Source: Nemertoderma westbladi
Taxonomy: Eukaryota; Animalia; Xenacoelomorpha
Reading direction: 5' to 3'
Assembly: GCA_032718475.1 (NCBI GenBank)
Contig: JAUCBJ010006749.1
Coordinates: 1-47,447, forward strand
Length of the DNA stretch: 47,447 nucleotides
Shown here piece by piece: positions 11,401-21,209 of this stretch. Position 1 is the stretch's first letter, and every line of letters starts with the position of its first letter. A program made the position numbers and the translations under genes. Below the pieces are notes generated by a model. It searched no databases. It was not told where the DNA came from and worked only from the letters and a program-made list of their open reading frames with translations.

Positions 11401-12723
11401 ACTCCGTTCCGTAACGTTGATAGTCAGTTCAAGGACCGCGCTCTGACCAAACTCAGCCTGAGAGACTCAGCGGCGGAGAAGCTAAACAGCGCGGGATTTG
11501 CCCTTTTTCAGGACGTTTGTATACAGAACTTGCACTCATCTGTTATACAAAGACCCCGAATACCCACGGGTTATTCTGTCGTCGAAGTTCAGACAGTGGG
11601 TCCGCTTGCGGAGACAGCCGCACCTACCTCAGCTATGCAATTGGAAGACGAACCAATATGCTTAGAAGCTGAAGCGATTCAGCCTACAGCGCCCCGGAGC
11701 AGCGATAACGACTACGTCTTAGAGTGGTATCAAGGTCCACAATGTCTCACCGCATACGATTATCGACACGCTAACTATGTTTCTCGAAAACGTTGTCGAT
11801 TATGCGCATCGAGAGACCATTTCACTCCTATGGACTCAGACGTACCCTGTTCCTATTTCCACGAACAACCAATGATGGAGATATATTGTGCGTATTGCAG
11901 ACTTAATAACTCTCATATTTTTGCAGTCTGCCCCCAATTTATGACTCAATGCCACCACTGTCAACTTAAAGGACATGCCAGTTATAATTGCCCCTTTAAT
12001 CACGATATAGAGAGCGTAGATGAAATGATTACCCTGCGCTACATCCGAGCTTGGGAAGCTAACGCGGATTTACACTGTGAGTCCCGTCATCGATACTACC
12101 CTGGACGCTCTTACGAGGGAGTTTACGCGTTCCATCCTTATTTATTAGCGTCTGTGGAACAAAAAACACGCATACCGAGTTACGAGCTAATGAAGCGTGT
12201 TGGTGAGTGTATTTCCACTAAATTTGTTAGAAGATACCTTAGGAACGTCAATCCTAACGATATTACTTCATACCATTTGATCAATTATATCCGTCAAGAC
12301 CCTGAGTATGGCGATTTATTTATCAACTCGCACCCTGAGTTACAGGAAGTATCTCGACGGCCCTACGAATATCGAGCCCGAGAACGCGAGCTGGAAAGAA
12401 CTATTAAACCAAGGAAGTTTCTCACCACCCCCGGTCCGCCTACCGCCATTACCCAGACAACCCGTCAAGGACCCGTAGGAGCTGCTGTCCTGAGGCGCGC
12501 CCTAAAGGCTGTTAGACCTCGCTCCACGGAAGTTGATATCGATCAACCAGGTACCTCGACCGGCGGATACACCGATCGCAATCCGAAACCTTCTGATGCA
12601 ATTGTATTGCACCCTTCACCCAGGAGTTACAGCCCTCCTAGTAAAGTGGCTCGCCCCAAAGAGAAAAGGACTCTTGCTAGCCTCAAAAAACTGCGTAAAC
12701 GCCGTCCGCGTAAGAAAGACTAA
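8470..12723 (+). CDS. 1417-aa retroelement accessory protein: DEDDy (WRN/RNase D-like) 3'-5' exonuclease domain, CCHC zinc knuckles, basic tail
   Basis: Intact ATG-initiated ORF. ExoI-like VVTYDNEG (D at 10621), ExoII-like LPQPVLEMLFNEGILKIGSAVYGD (D at 10924), FVDTQLIA, SIGHLAFQEYGWNFK, and ExoIII-like PLRPSLAIYTIFE. Knuckles CRLCASRDH, CAYCRLNNSHIFAVC and CHHCQLKGHASYNC at 11794-11991. C-terminal KKLRKRRPRKKD. Domain call is by motif recognition only. Confidence 0.8.
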   Translation: MTELIEDDLGIRERYTLPLQAFVDSLIRGDAGPTTTEDDGRYIEPPMSPEQLTRELDYRKFTARYTHRNGTYMDFLTTGHPIDLHDTDDVDTEREMVLFKYHTQRNRNDKPRIEHENSIRNRLEREDVAEPDKRNDFNDYLEFLRETYLNIASQQNLETRYPQGIHHDPMIELKRLYFTMMYLTADRPLPVVPDSFEQMEEYCKTGERSPAFPLQDMRLWYYCDECPRPNQQTERHKHPQRRCAKHSFTRYTYGSFEQNLFDVSPAVARLKRSLNKPMIRVPEYSVRPPHSSVRPQTLDPNSITDPPELYSLFKDLVLPEQLIGGTPVVGSRDIRQPYLAGLGRGHLISPFNPYNRPGFTSIQPVTEVEESVVRNALDAIRQKIGKGTYDCLEKRKLQQQVQAVKELALPQFDREIQNLEEDIERGRTYSLQEFLDERLQQQPEENQLEERHIELDEREEAALAQPEAQILMTDLYSKTILHPSMVPHFGDKLFATAQPQPVDINLRSRDLIADAPLLQRPPIEPARVDGILVEPPDNRADLVCRMVHDVNIRARPLPDSFYGIKDHPYYVNLKQYYMVKPEDPTHSLKFLPLINPLDLVELEQLQKHLDQLVKVNSFRKPYNVSRIEKETIPPYNLDGFIKTRLVHWNLDVLFEEERIQRYGDVETYTTQYLKYKDLPNASECATLWHPVGMTLENATKEWNETLNVIEMYGVVTYDNEGSVPVGELGTTRMIHIRGLAGSTHVFTRACSDVIDYSFETLTETQKKLRHGQFELAQRYVTDTERKPAMGIDGSMLPQPVLEMLFNEGILKIGSAVYGDLQNDFRNMENIPYPFVDTQLIAPWAEGRGFFRTMYANTPSGITKVQRTSIGHLAFQEYGWNFKVGNPINYQQVYGDHYSRLYFDGPLTAPGAVYSFMSVPLRPSLAIYTIFENAALAGWLADVCSRTIRAHPLILGTKLAKLDEHNKFIRFECFRRFLTPFRNVDSQFKDRALTKLSLRDSAAEKLNSAGFALFQDVCIQNLHSSVIQRPRIPTGYSVVEVQTVGPLAETAAPTSAMQLEDEPICLEAEAIQPTAPRSSDNDYVLEWYQGPQCLTAYDYRHANYVSRKRCRLCASRDHFTPMDSDVPCSYFHEQPMMEIYCAYCRLNNSHIFAVCPQFMTQCHHCQLKGHASYNCPFNHDIESVDEMITLRYIRAWEANADLHCESRHRYYPGRSYEGVYAFHPYLLASVEQKTRIPSYELMKRVGECISTKFVRRYLRNVNPNDITSYHLINYIRQDPEYGDLFINSHPELQEVSRRPYEYRARERELERTIKPRKFLTTPGPPTAITQTTRQGPVGAAVLRRALKAVRPRSTEVDIDQPGTSTGGYTDRNPKPSDAIVLHPSPRSYSPPSKVARPKEKRTLASLKKLRKRRPRKKD

Positions 12724-12801
12724 CTGTTTAGAGTATTTTTATATTTTAGAAACTGTGATTTGTTATATTTTATAGACTTAAATCCCATTTTCTGGGAGCG
12801 G

Positions 12802-13946
12802 TGTAAAAGCTTTTGCGTAATTAACCGGTTATTTTCCCTTAAAGTACGCTGTAGTTGGTTTGCCAGGCATAAAAAGGCCGTGTCCTTGCTGTACTGGTGT
12901 TTTAGAGGACATAAAAGTCATTTCTTCTGTATTTGTACTTTAGAGGACATAATCCGCAATCTCGTGACGCGATAAGCTAGATACTCTTGAAAACAGTGTC
13001 GCTACCATGACGACGGCTAACAGCTGATATTGCCACGTCGACATTTCTTTGTTTCTTTGTTCTCTCGTTGTTCGGTTGACCAATCAGAGCGTTTTTTGAC
13101 TCTGTGTTGGATTTGGATACAGAAACTCAGTAGTTCAGTGTTATGTTTTGCCCAGAGCCTAAGAACACCGGCTTTTGGCACCTCCGTATATCAGCATTAT
13201 TTAGCTTTACATTAGTAGGCTTAATTATAGAACGTATATCTGTTATCAAACCATAACTAAACATATCATACATATCTTACTTAACATTACTGCTTTTACT
13301 GTCGGTTATTCATTATATTTGTTGATGAAATATTATATCGGAACACTGATCAATAGTCAGACACCCCACCTTCTTGATATACTAAAGGTTAGAGAGACCG
13401 GTTACAGATAAACGATTGCGACCTATGTTAAGTGGTTTGAAGTGAATCTAATGCTATTTCATATGCCCGACATAAATTGTATGTTGCTCTCTTTATACGT
13501 GACCAAATTTAGTGAAGGTCGGCAGATTAGTGTGCAGTATTGTGCAGCATTGTGTATGATTGTAACTGATAACAAAGCATCTCCTAAAGAATGCGCCATA
13601 TACGTGAATCTATAGCCTTTTCGTTGTGTCTGGTTTAAGTCATAACTCTGTTTACATATTTAGAGCGCCACGTCCTAAAGGAACTGTTAATATTTCCCGA
13701 AAGTGAATAATATTTGTCAGAGATTATATATTACGATCAGTCGAATAATACAGTAGGCTTACACCATTAATCATTAAGCTCCGAACTCAGTCTCCCGGGT
13801 ATATCCAGCGGGTGAATGATTGCGCATAGACTGGCTTCGGCTAATGTAGTGTATCAAATACTCGTCATAAGCTAAAGAATATATATCATCCAAAAGACAT
13901 CCTAATTTAGCAGGTTAAACTGTCAAAGGTCTTAAAAGCGCAAACA
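12802..13946 (+). mobile_element. LTR copy B (3' LTR, 1145 bp), preceded by PPT-like TGGGAGCGG
   Basis: TGTAAAAGCTTTTG...AAAAGCGCAAACA, with CCAATCAGAGCG and the invariant 30-mer at 13665-13694. Starts 78 bp after the 1417-aa ORF stop. Flanks AGCGG/GTAAT are not a TSD, so it is not a solo LTR. Confidence 0.85.
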
Positions 13947-14041
13947 GTAATCCACACCTATCGTTAGCCAGCTCCGTTACAAACTTGGGCCAGACATCCA
14001 GTGATCCTGTATGCCTACCAGTACCAGTTCTAGGAGTAGCC

Positions 14042-14476
14042 TTATTCTCGGCGCGCGTATTGAGCATCGTTATCAACACGAAGAGCTACGTTAGAAATGG
14101 AAGTTGAGTTCTTAGCACAAGCACTCCGTACCTCTTCAGTAAAGTTTGCGGGGTCGAAGGAAGACAAAAAATCCTTTGTCATCTCTTCAAATTTCCTTTG
14201 CAGAAAGTTCGATAATTCCCGACCGAATTTATCCAGGCTAGCTTCGATGATACTAGATATATCAGAGGTACCGGTATTACCCGGATTAAAGGTAGGAACA
14301 CCGTCCTCCGGCCCCTGTGTACTGTGAAACACGTCCTCCAAGTCAGGTGGATTGACCATCTCAGTTGGAGCCAAGTGCGCGGGGCTGGCACCAAAGCGTT
14401 TTGGGGCTGGTGAGTGAACGGAGGAAGACGAAGTTGATGCCTTAGATACCTCGCTAAGGTTTCTCTTATTATCCAT
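14042..14476 (-). pseudogene. Non-LTR retrotransposon ORF1 N-terminal fragment (CR1/L2/L1-type)
   Basis: MDNKRNLSEVS...SPAPKR, then a helical segment ending RVDNDAQYARRE, like the LEQYSRR(E/N) motif of LINE ORF1 proteins. Truncated at that point. Confidence 0.55.
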
Positions 14477-14754
14477 ACAAAAAAGACCAAATGAAGGTGA
14501 GAAGGTTGTTGAAAAAAATGGGGATTGTAATATCTTCATCTAATTACCGTAGTTTACAGGTTTAGGCACAACTTTAGCCATTCCCTATGGTAAGTCATAT
14601 ACCAGATTTCAAAACGCAGTAAATCGTAAATGTCATGTCCAGATGTCCAAGATTCCCCAGTATGCCGGTAACTGTCACATGACAGGCCTACCTAACCAAC
14701 TGTCAGATTTCAGGATTAGCCTACCACAGGAGTAGTCATCCTGCACAGGGGATT

Positions 14755-16600
14755 AAATGAACGAAAGAAATGAGTGAGCGCAAAGAGCGGGACGTGAGGG
14801 AGGCAGCGAGGGTTGAGAGAGAAGAGAATGAGCGCAAAGAGTGAGAAGCGAGGAAAGCTGAGAGGATTGAGAGAGAGGTAAATGAGCGCAAAGAACGAGA
14901 GACGAGGGAGGCAGAGTTAGCCGATCAGAGCGTTAGAGAGGACAGAGAGAGAGAGAGAGGGGGTGGGTAAAAGAATGAGGGATGATATGCACGCCCGGTT
15001 GAGGGGGTTGATGCAGTTAGAACTGGCGAAACTGGGTTTATCAGAGAGCGAAGCTGGTTCGGGAAGTATTTATGAGGAACCATGGGTGATGGAAACTTTT
15101 GTGAATACCTCACTTACAGGTACCGGACGAAAAACACAAAATAAAATAAAATACACAAAATAAAATGGGCACCCCACCGCAACCAGTTAGAGACGAGAGA
15201 GATGGGCAATAAGTGGCCCACAGACGTCGGTTGGAAATACACACATGGAGTTAAGTGAACCGAGGCTTCCAACGACAGGGGAAAGGGGGGGCAACAGATG
15301 CCCCACAGACTTTGGTGGAAAATGCGCGCGCATGGTGAGCTAATTGGACCGGGGCTCCCAACGATGGAGGAGAGAAGAAGGGCAATGAATATCTGCGAGG
15401 CCATACAACTGGGAAGGGGAAGGAGCGTTGGTGCCATAAGCAGCCAAATGAGAGAACATCGAGCCCGCTCAGAAGATGGAAGGAGAATGGAATGGTTCAT
15501 CTGGGAGGTCGATACGAGACATCATGAAGGTGGATATAACACCATAAGTGGAGGATGCGAGGGTGATGGTAGGGGTAAGCGAGGAAATGTTGCTACGAGC
15601 AACCAGAGATGTCGAGATAGGATGGACAGCGAACCATCAATAGTTGAAGTAGAGAGAGAGGGCTGGTGGGGTTGTACTTTGGGAGATTGCCGTCGCCCCG
15701 GAGAAACACAGCCTGGTGATATATATTACACACCGGGAGAGGGGTATAGAGTGTACCAGGATGATGAGTATGAGAGAAGAATAGATCAAAGGGAAACTTC
15801 CCGTCTGAACATAGCTGCCAATCAACAATATGGTAGTAGCGGGGAGGAGTTCTTGGAATATTCGAGAAGACTAAACTTTGGTCCGGAGGACCACATTCAG
15901 ACTGCAGAACATACTGTAGGTCTTACTGCACATACCATAGGCCATGCTGGGAGAGATAGTGTAGGTGTTTGGGTAACGCGAATGCCGGGATTGGAACTGG
16001 AGGTCGAGGCTTACATACCGGTGAGTAGGCAGGAACCTGCTAGGCCTATACCGGTACCTGCACACCAGTATGACTATAATATGGAGGGATATAACATATA
16101 CCCAGGGGAAGGGGGGGGGGGGGGGGTATTACAGATAAGTGTATGTGTCCCAATATAATTACATCTACCCCAGTACAGAATATAACAGGGTGGGGGGGGG
16201 GGTGTAATATACTGTATCTACAATACACTCAGCCAAATAAAATAACATTTGCAACACCCTCAGATCCAAATAACTCATGTGATACCGAGATATGGAGGGG
16301 ACCATTACCCCAGATGATATATCCTACACAGGGAAAGTCAATGACCAGAGATGTGAAGCACAATCAACACCACGGGAGCCTGCATCCGTACCGTCGAGCG
16401 CGCTGGAAATTCAAGCGATAGAAATGGCAACACTCATCGACGCGCTAAAAACTAGAATTGAGGTGCCACCCATGGAGCCTTTTAAGATTGATGGTAGCAA
16501 GCCAGAAGAATATCTACAATTCCAGAGGATGTATAGTAACAAGATTCTCACGAAGAATCTCACACAGGCGGAGTGCTTTAATTACCTACAAGTCTATAGA
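14755..16600 (+). pseudogene. Decayed BEL/Pao gag fragment (E/R-rich repeats, then DUF1759-like start)
   Basis: From 16424, IEVPPMEPFKIDGSKPEEYLQFQRMY...NLTQAECFNYLQVY matches the BEL gag pattern (LPK..F.G....W..F.......LS..EK.NYL..Y). Upstream purine-rich ~55-bp GAGCGCAAAGA repeats and ORF 15298-16158 are on the same strand, broken by stops and poly-G runs. The 5' extent is uncertain. Confidence 0.6.
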
Positions 16601-17100
16601 GGGGGGCCAGCCAAAATATCGTATTATCCAACCAAATTCGCTTTTTGCAATTTGAAATGTTTGCTACTTATAATTTTCGTCCTACCAGACAAGCACCAAA
16701 ATTGACAGTTGCGTTACCACGAATGATTTGTAACGTGTTGTATCGTGATCAGCGACCTTGAAAACCAGTATAGCTTCAGAATTACCAAACCAAAGGCATA
16801 ATTTGACAGTTTATAAGTTTGTGCTACTTGTAATTTTCGTTCTGGGGCTCTAGAATAGCACCAAAATTGGGTTTGCATTACCAGAAATATTTACAACTAG
16901 TTTCATCGTAATCAGCGACCTCGTAAACACGTACGTTCAGAATTATCAAACCAAACTCAGTTTGAAAATCAGTTTGAATTTCGCTCTAATAAAACCCAAT
17001 AACGACCAATAAACCAATGAAAACAGTCGATTTTAAGAGCCAAACTTTAAACGCGTTTTTCTAAGAATGAACATTTTTTTCCCCAGGTCCCTTTTCTCGC
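16600..17100. mobile_element. DNA transposon-like fragment truncating the gag
   Basis: Abrupt change of sequence character and an internal ~170-bp duplication containing ATCAGCGACCT..AAAC. A related motif is on the minus strand near 30800. Superfamily not assignable. Confidence 0.35.
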
Positions 17101-17818
17101 AACCAGCCACAAATATCAAAGCTTAGAAGTGTCTGTCAATCAACCTCCCGGGATAGCTGAAAGTAGTAAAGAGAGAAAACCAAATAACTTTGTCTAGTGG
17201 TTGAATTGTATTTCCCTTCCCCTGACTTATCTTACAACAACAACAATACTCCCCTCCCTATAGGCTAACATTAGCTTATATGCGAAGAACCCACTGGCTT
17301 TAACTCAACATCTGGACATATTAACTACCATACGGATACGGTAAAGGTATCGCCGCTTGTGTAAAATAGAGGCCCTGCCTTATGAAACTATAGTAGCACC
17401 CGCCATCAGCAACACATGTTATTTCGGTATTCAATTTGGACTTATATTATCCTCAGGTAAATTAAATCCTGATAAAAGTTAAGGAACGTTTCCTCAAGTG
17501 GCCTGGGCTAACAGCTAAATAAGTATGCCTTTAAAATTTAACACAGTCACTTCTAATTCCAGGGTATTTATTGATATAGGTATGGTATAAATTATTATTA
17601 GGTGCTGGTACAGCATAAGCAACGTTGGTTTTGGTCACTATTAATTATATAAATTAAATATTATTATTAATAATAATATTGGGACTCTCCAGCCTTCTCT
17701 TCTAGAAAATGAACGCAGTCTAATAACCAATGCCACCATGTTAACAACTAGGTTTTCAGTGCACGGATTTCACCATAAAATTTTCTCGAACAAACAATTT
17801 CACCAACCCCACAGAACT

Positions 17819-19215
17819 GGATCTAGGACACTTCCCCCCCGGACACTTCCCCCCCGGACACTTCCCCCCCGGACACTTGCCCCCCGGACACTTCCCCCCC
17901 GGACACTTGCCCCCCGGACACTTCCCCCCAGTTAAAGTGTTAAAATTAATCTGGGTGCATCAAAGCAATAAACAAAAGTTAAAGATGGTTACAGGACAAG
18001 TTGTATCTAGACAAGTTTTTCAAAATTATAAAAGAAACATTTTTATAGTCAAATTTTGTTTGTTTTTCTTTTAATTCCTTTAATTCTTTTAATTTCTTTT
18101 AATTGGGAGCTGCCGCCCCCAAACCCCCGCTTCTTTTGTTGGGGGCTACCGCCCCCAAACCTCCGCTTCTTTTCTTGGGGGCTGCCGCCCCCAAACCCCC
18201 GTTTCTTATCTTGGGGGTTATCGCCCCCAGACCCCGGCATTTCCCTGAGTGCCCGTGGTGAAAGACTTAAGACCACTTTGAAATAATTAATTCATGTTTG
18301 TGTCATCAGATAATAAATTGACTAAGCCTAAAGTAGGAGCTGTATTGAATGTTAACCAATTTAATATATAAATTACTACAATATTATATAATTCAACAAA
18401 ATCCTATTAAAAATATTGCAAGTAACCAGGAAATTTAATGTAGTGTGTATAATATCTATATAGTATGTATAGTAGTAATATATATATCAATATGTAATGC
18501 TGAACACAGAATACAGGTCGACGCATGTCGATTTTACCCTGGAGAGGTATAATTTTGATTGCAACAATAATATTCATCCCCATCTGCTACAATTTGAAGA
18601 AGACTATTACATAATAATACCTATAATTAAAACAATTAATTATTATAATTTATAATTATTATTTTATTTTAATCCATATTCGTTTGTACAACATTTATGT
18701 TCAATAAAATTTTGCCTAATTTTTTTATTGTGTTTTTTATTGTTTTATTTATTATTTAAAGTGATCCGCATAATATATTTTTATAGACTTTTTATTGATA
18801 TTAACAAGATAATGTTGAATCTTAATTCTATAGTTAATAAAAACAGTATATCATTCCGGGGATGGAATTTATAGGTCATCTAATATAATTAATTGTTTAA
18901 AGATTAGCAAACAATACGATGTAATTGCATTGATAAAACCCATAAATAAAACTTGGATATAAAATGTAAAATCGGGATGCAAAAGATCACTTTCTGAGCT
19001 ACGAAAGGAAAATTGGATACAACTTATCTGGATACAAGCGGTCCGTTAACCTTACAAAATGAAAAATACGAATGTGCGAAGTTAAGAACAGTCGGGGGGG
19101 AAGTGTCCGCGGGGGGGAAGTGTCTGGGGGGGAAGTGTCCGGGGGGGAAGTGTCCTACTTGAGCGGGGGGGAACTGTCCGGGGGGAAGTGTCCGGGGGGG
19201 AAGTGTCCGAACACC
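17819..19215. mobile_element. Non-autonomous foldback/Mutator-like element with modular TIRs
   Basis: 9-bp TSD CACAGAACT at 17810-17818 and 19216-19224. GG...CC termini; 15-bp unit GGACACTTCCCCCCC x7 on the left and inverted copies on the right. Confidence 0.85.
18100..18237. repeat. 33-bp minisatellite x4 with GC hairpin
   Basis: TTGGGGGCTGCCGCCCCCAAACCCCCGCTTCTT-like units in tandem. Confidence 0.85.
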
Positions 19216-19719
19216 CACAGAACTTCTTGTGTCTGCGTGGGAATTGCTTCAAGGTATCACCTACTGCACTGCCCGCCAACACGTTGAATGAGCCTCAACA
19301 AGTAGTGGGCTGCTAAGGCGTATTCTGATTTTATTCGGACGTCAAACTTTTAATAATTATATTTAATTTATTTAATGTGCGAACTTTTTAGATCTTGCAA
19401 TTTTACCATTTCCATGGTATAATAAATATAACTATAATTAATATCAATAACGCCAAGAGGTTAAGTTTGTTAGACCACTAAACTCATACGGGTCTGTTAA
19501 TTCATGTAGTAGTGAATCAGTCACTTGGTACCTAATAGGATCCAGTAGTAAGGAAAGCTTGAAAAGTAGATAATTATATTATATTTTATTTATATTTAAA
19601 CGTCAAGCTACTAATAGTAAAAAACCGTACCGGTAGGTATGTACAACAAGTAAATAAAAATCGACTGGAGACCCAGACATGCATGTAATAGTGATCAGCT
19701 GACTGCAGACAGCTGATCG

Positions 19720-19760
19720 GTAGGTTTCGCCCCAATACAGCGGGCTTTCTCAGGATGCTC
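19720..19760 (-). ncRNA. Hammerhead-like motif in the Penelope 3' region (atypical core)
   Basis: Minus strand reads CTGAGAAA-GCCC-GCTGTATTG-GGGC-GAAAC: stem II and GAAA are present, but the core is CUGAGAA instead of CUGANGA. Confidence 0.45.
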
Positions 19761-19838
19761 AAGCTAGCAGGACGACAGTAGAGTGAAGTTCCCAAAGGAG
19801 GAGAACAGGCAAAGTGTGATGGGGCTGATACATACTAA

Positions 19839-20700
19839 CTAACCACTGGGAAGCAGCACCACAAACTTACGCCAATCACGTTTCTGCTTGTTGATAACTG
19901 GCTGGCGCGTGCGAATATAGTACATTTCAAGCTTTTGCAGAACAGGCCGCAATGGGTGCCTAGCAATAACTTTGAAATGTTTAAAAAGCTCGCGCCAGTC
20001 AGTCAGCCAACGTGTATTGGGCTCGCCGCGGTGCGTCATGATGTGGTTGTACACAGTCTTGCCCTGCTCACTCCCGTTATTGGCTGTACCGTCCTGGTGT
20101 TGTCTAACGCGTTCAAACAGGTGTTGGATAGTGTGTCCAACATATTCCCCCTTACAAGAGGGACAGGAGAAAGAATAAACGACGTTAGAAACAAGGATAT
20201 CAGGGACAGGATGTTTTAATGATGGGAGCGACTGGCGCAGTTTGGAGGTTGTAAAAACAAACCTAACTGGCCGTGTGCAAGACGTGGGTATGAGACCACG
20301 CAACCTTCGAACAAAGAGGTCGGTTGCCCGGCCACGGTACTCAAACTTACAGATAATGGGCCTGGAACTGTCAGCCGGCACGTTCTCATCAAGGTCAATG
20401 ACCTCAGAGGGAACCACCGCTGGCACTTCAGTCCCTGTGTCACTGCCTGTGCGCCCTCTAGCAGCTTGTACCACAGTGAGCTCATGTAGGACCATCGCAT
20501 CCGTATATTGGTTATTGTGAAGAATAGACTTCGCTTCCCCAATAGCAGTATTGAGTTGGGAACCATCCCCACCCTTACTGACGTTAAATATACGATGGAA
20601 CATTCCACGAACCACACCGCGTTTGTATGACTCAGGGGCGCACGCAGTAGCATTCAGGACGAGCCCAGTATCTGTAGGCTTGCGGTACCACGCAGTTGAA
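19839..20700 (-). CDS. Penelope RT thumb/linker and GIY-YIG endonuclease (C-terminal fragment)
   Basis: SNVVYSFSCPSCKGEYVGHTIQHLFERVRQH...HI..H...LEMYYIRTRQPVINKQ. The upstream frame includes a WY.KPTDTG.. thumb-like motif. Confidence 0.88.
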
Positions 20701-20863
20701 AGTGCGCGACTCGTACGTATACCTACCGGTACGGTTTTTTACTATTAGTAGCTTGACGTTTAAATATAAATAAAATATAATATAATAGGATCCAATTAGG
20801 ATCCAATGCGACGTTATTTGAAAGCGGTACTGTAGATTGTAGTACCGCTTTCTCGGCTATCTA

Positions 20864-21143
20864 GGTTCCACCTTGGGGTAGTGGTTGCATTGAATTCACA
20901 TCTCCTGTAGGTCGTGGGTTCGATCCTCACATGGGCCAGGGCAGTTTTCGTTTCGGCACGAATGCTTTAAAGGGACCAGCCAGGGCGCATCTCTGCCTTG
21001 CATCATTAAATGGTAGCTAAATGAGTACTGGAGTTTCCTCTGGGGAGTAAAGTTCTGGGAGGACCGCACTGGAAATAAGTCGTCAGACTTTGTGCGTAAT
21101 CCCTGGCCTAGCGGCCGAAGAAAATTTACTTTACTTTACTTTT
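20864..21143 (+). mobile_element. tRNA-derived SINE
   Basis: A-box-like TGGGGTAGTGG, B box GGTTCGATCC, and a ~280-bp body ending in a (TTTAC)n tail. Confidence 0.75.
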
Positions 21144-21177
21144 ATTGTATCAATTTTGAAACTGAATTAGTTTCATA

Positions 21178-21209
<32 letters not shown>

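Larger units (their letters stand above)
19575..20786 (-). mobile_element. 5'-truncated Penelope-like element with inverted terminal segment
   Basis: Contains the GIY-YIG ORF. About 70 bp at 19575-19644 are repeated in inverted orientation at 20713-20786. Confidence 0.8.

Noticed and set aside
8470-12723. Envelope gene
   Set aside because: No signal peptide, fusion peptide or transmembrane segment; it has nuclease-like motifs and a basic tail.
2645-12775. Short antisense and alternative-frame ORFs overlapping the two long ORFs
   Set aside because: All under 130 aa with no recognisable motifs; expected shadow ORFs.
13715-13745. TGTCAGAGATTATA...CAGTCG as group I intron R and S elements
   Set aside because: Spacing is too short for P3/P8, P7 pairing is imperfect, and no P/Q elements or U-G splice site were found.
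13832-13843. C(UUCG)G tetraloop hairpin in the LTR RNA
   Set aside because: Copy D breaks it; the longer CCGAA/TTCGG stem explains the variation in all four copies better.
638-13946. LTR copies A and B as terminal inverted repeats of one composite DNA transposon carrying pol and the exonuclease ORF
   Set aside because: They are clearly diverged, A cuts gag mid-frame, there is no shared TSD, and solo copy C shows the unit is an LTR.
14755-16600. The missing N-terminal gag of the 1868-6826 ORF
   Set aside because: It lies downstream, is decayed while pol is intact, and shows no matching junction; more likely a separate older element.
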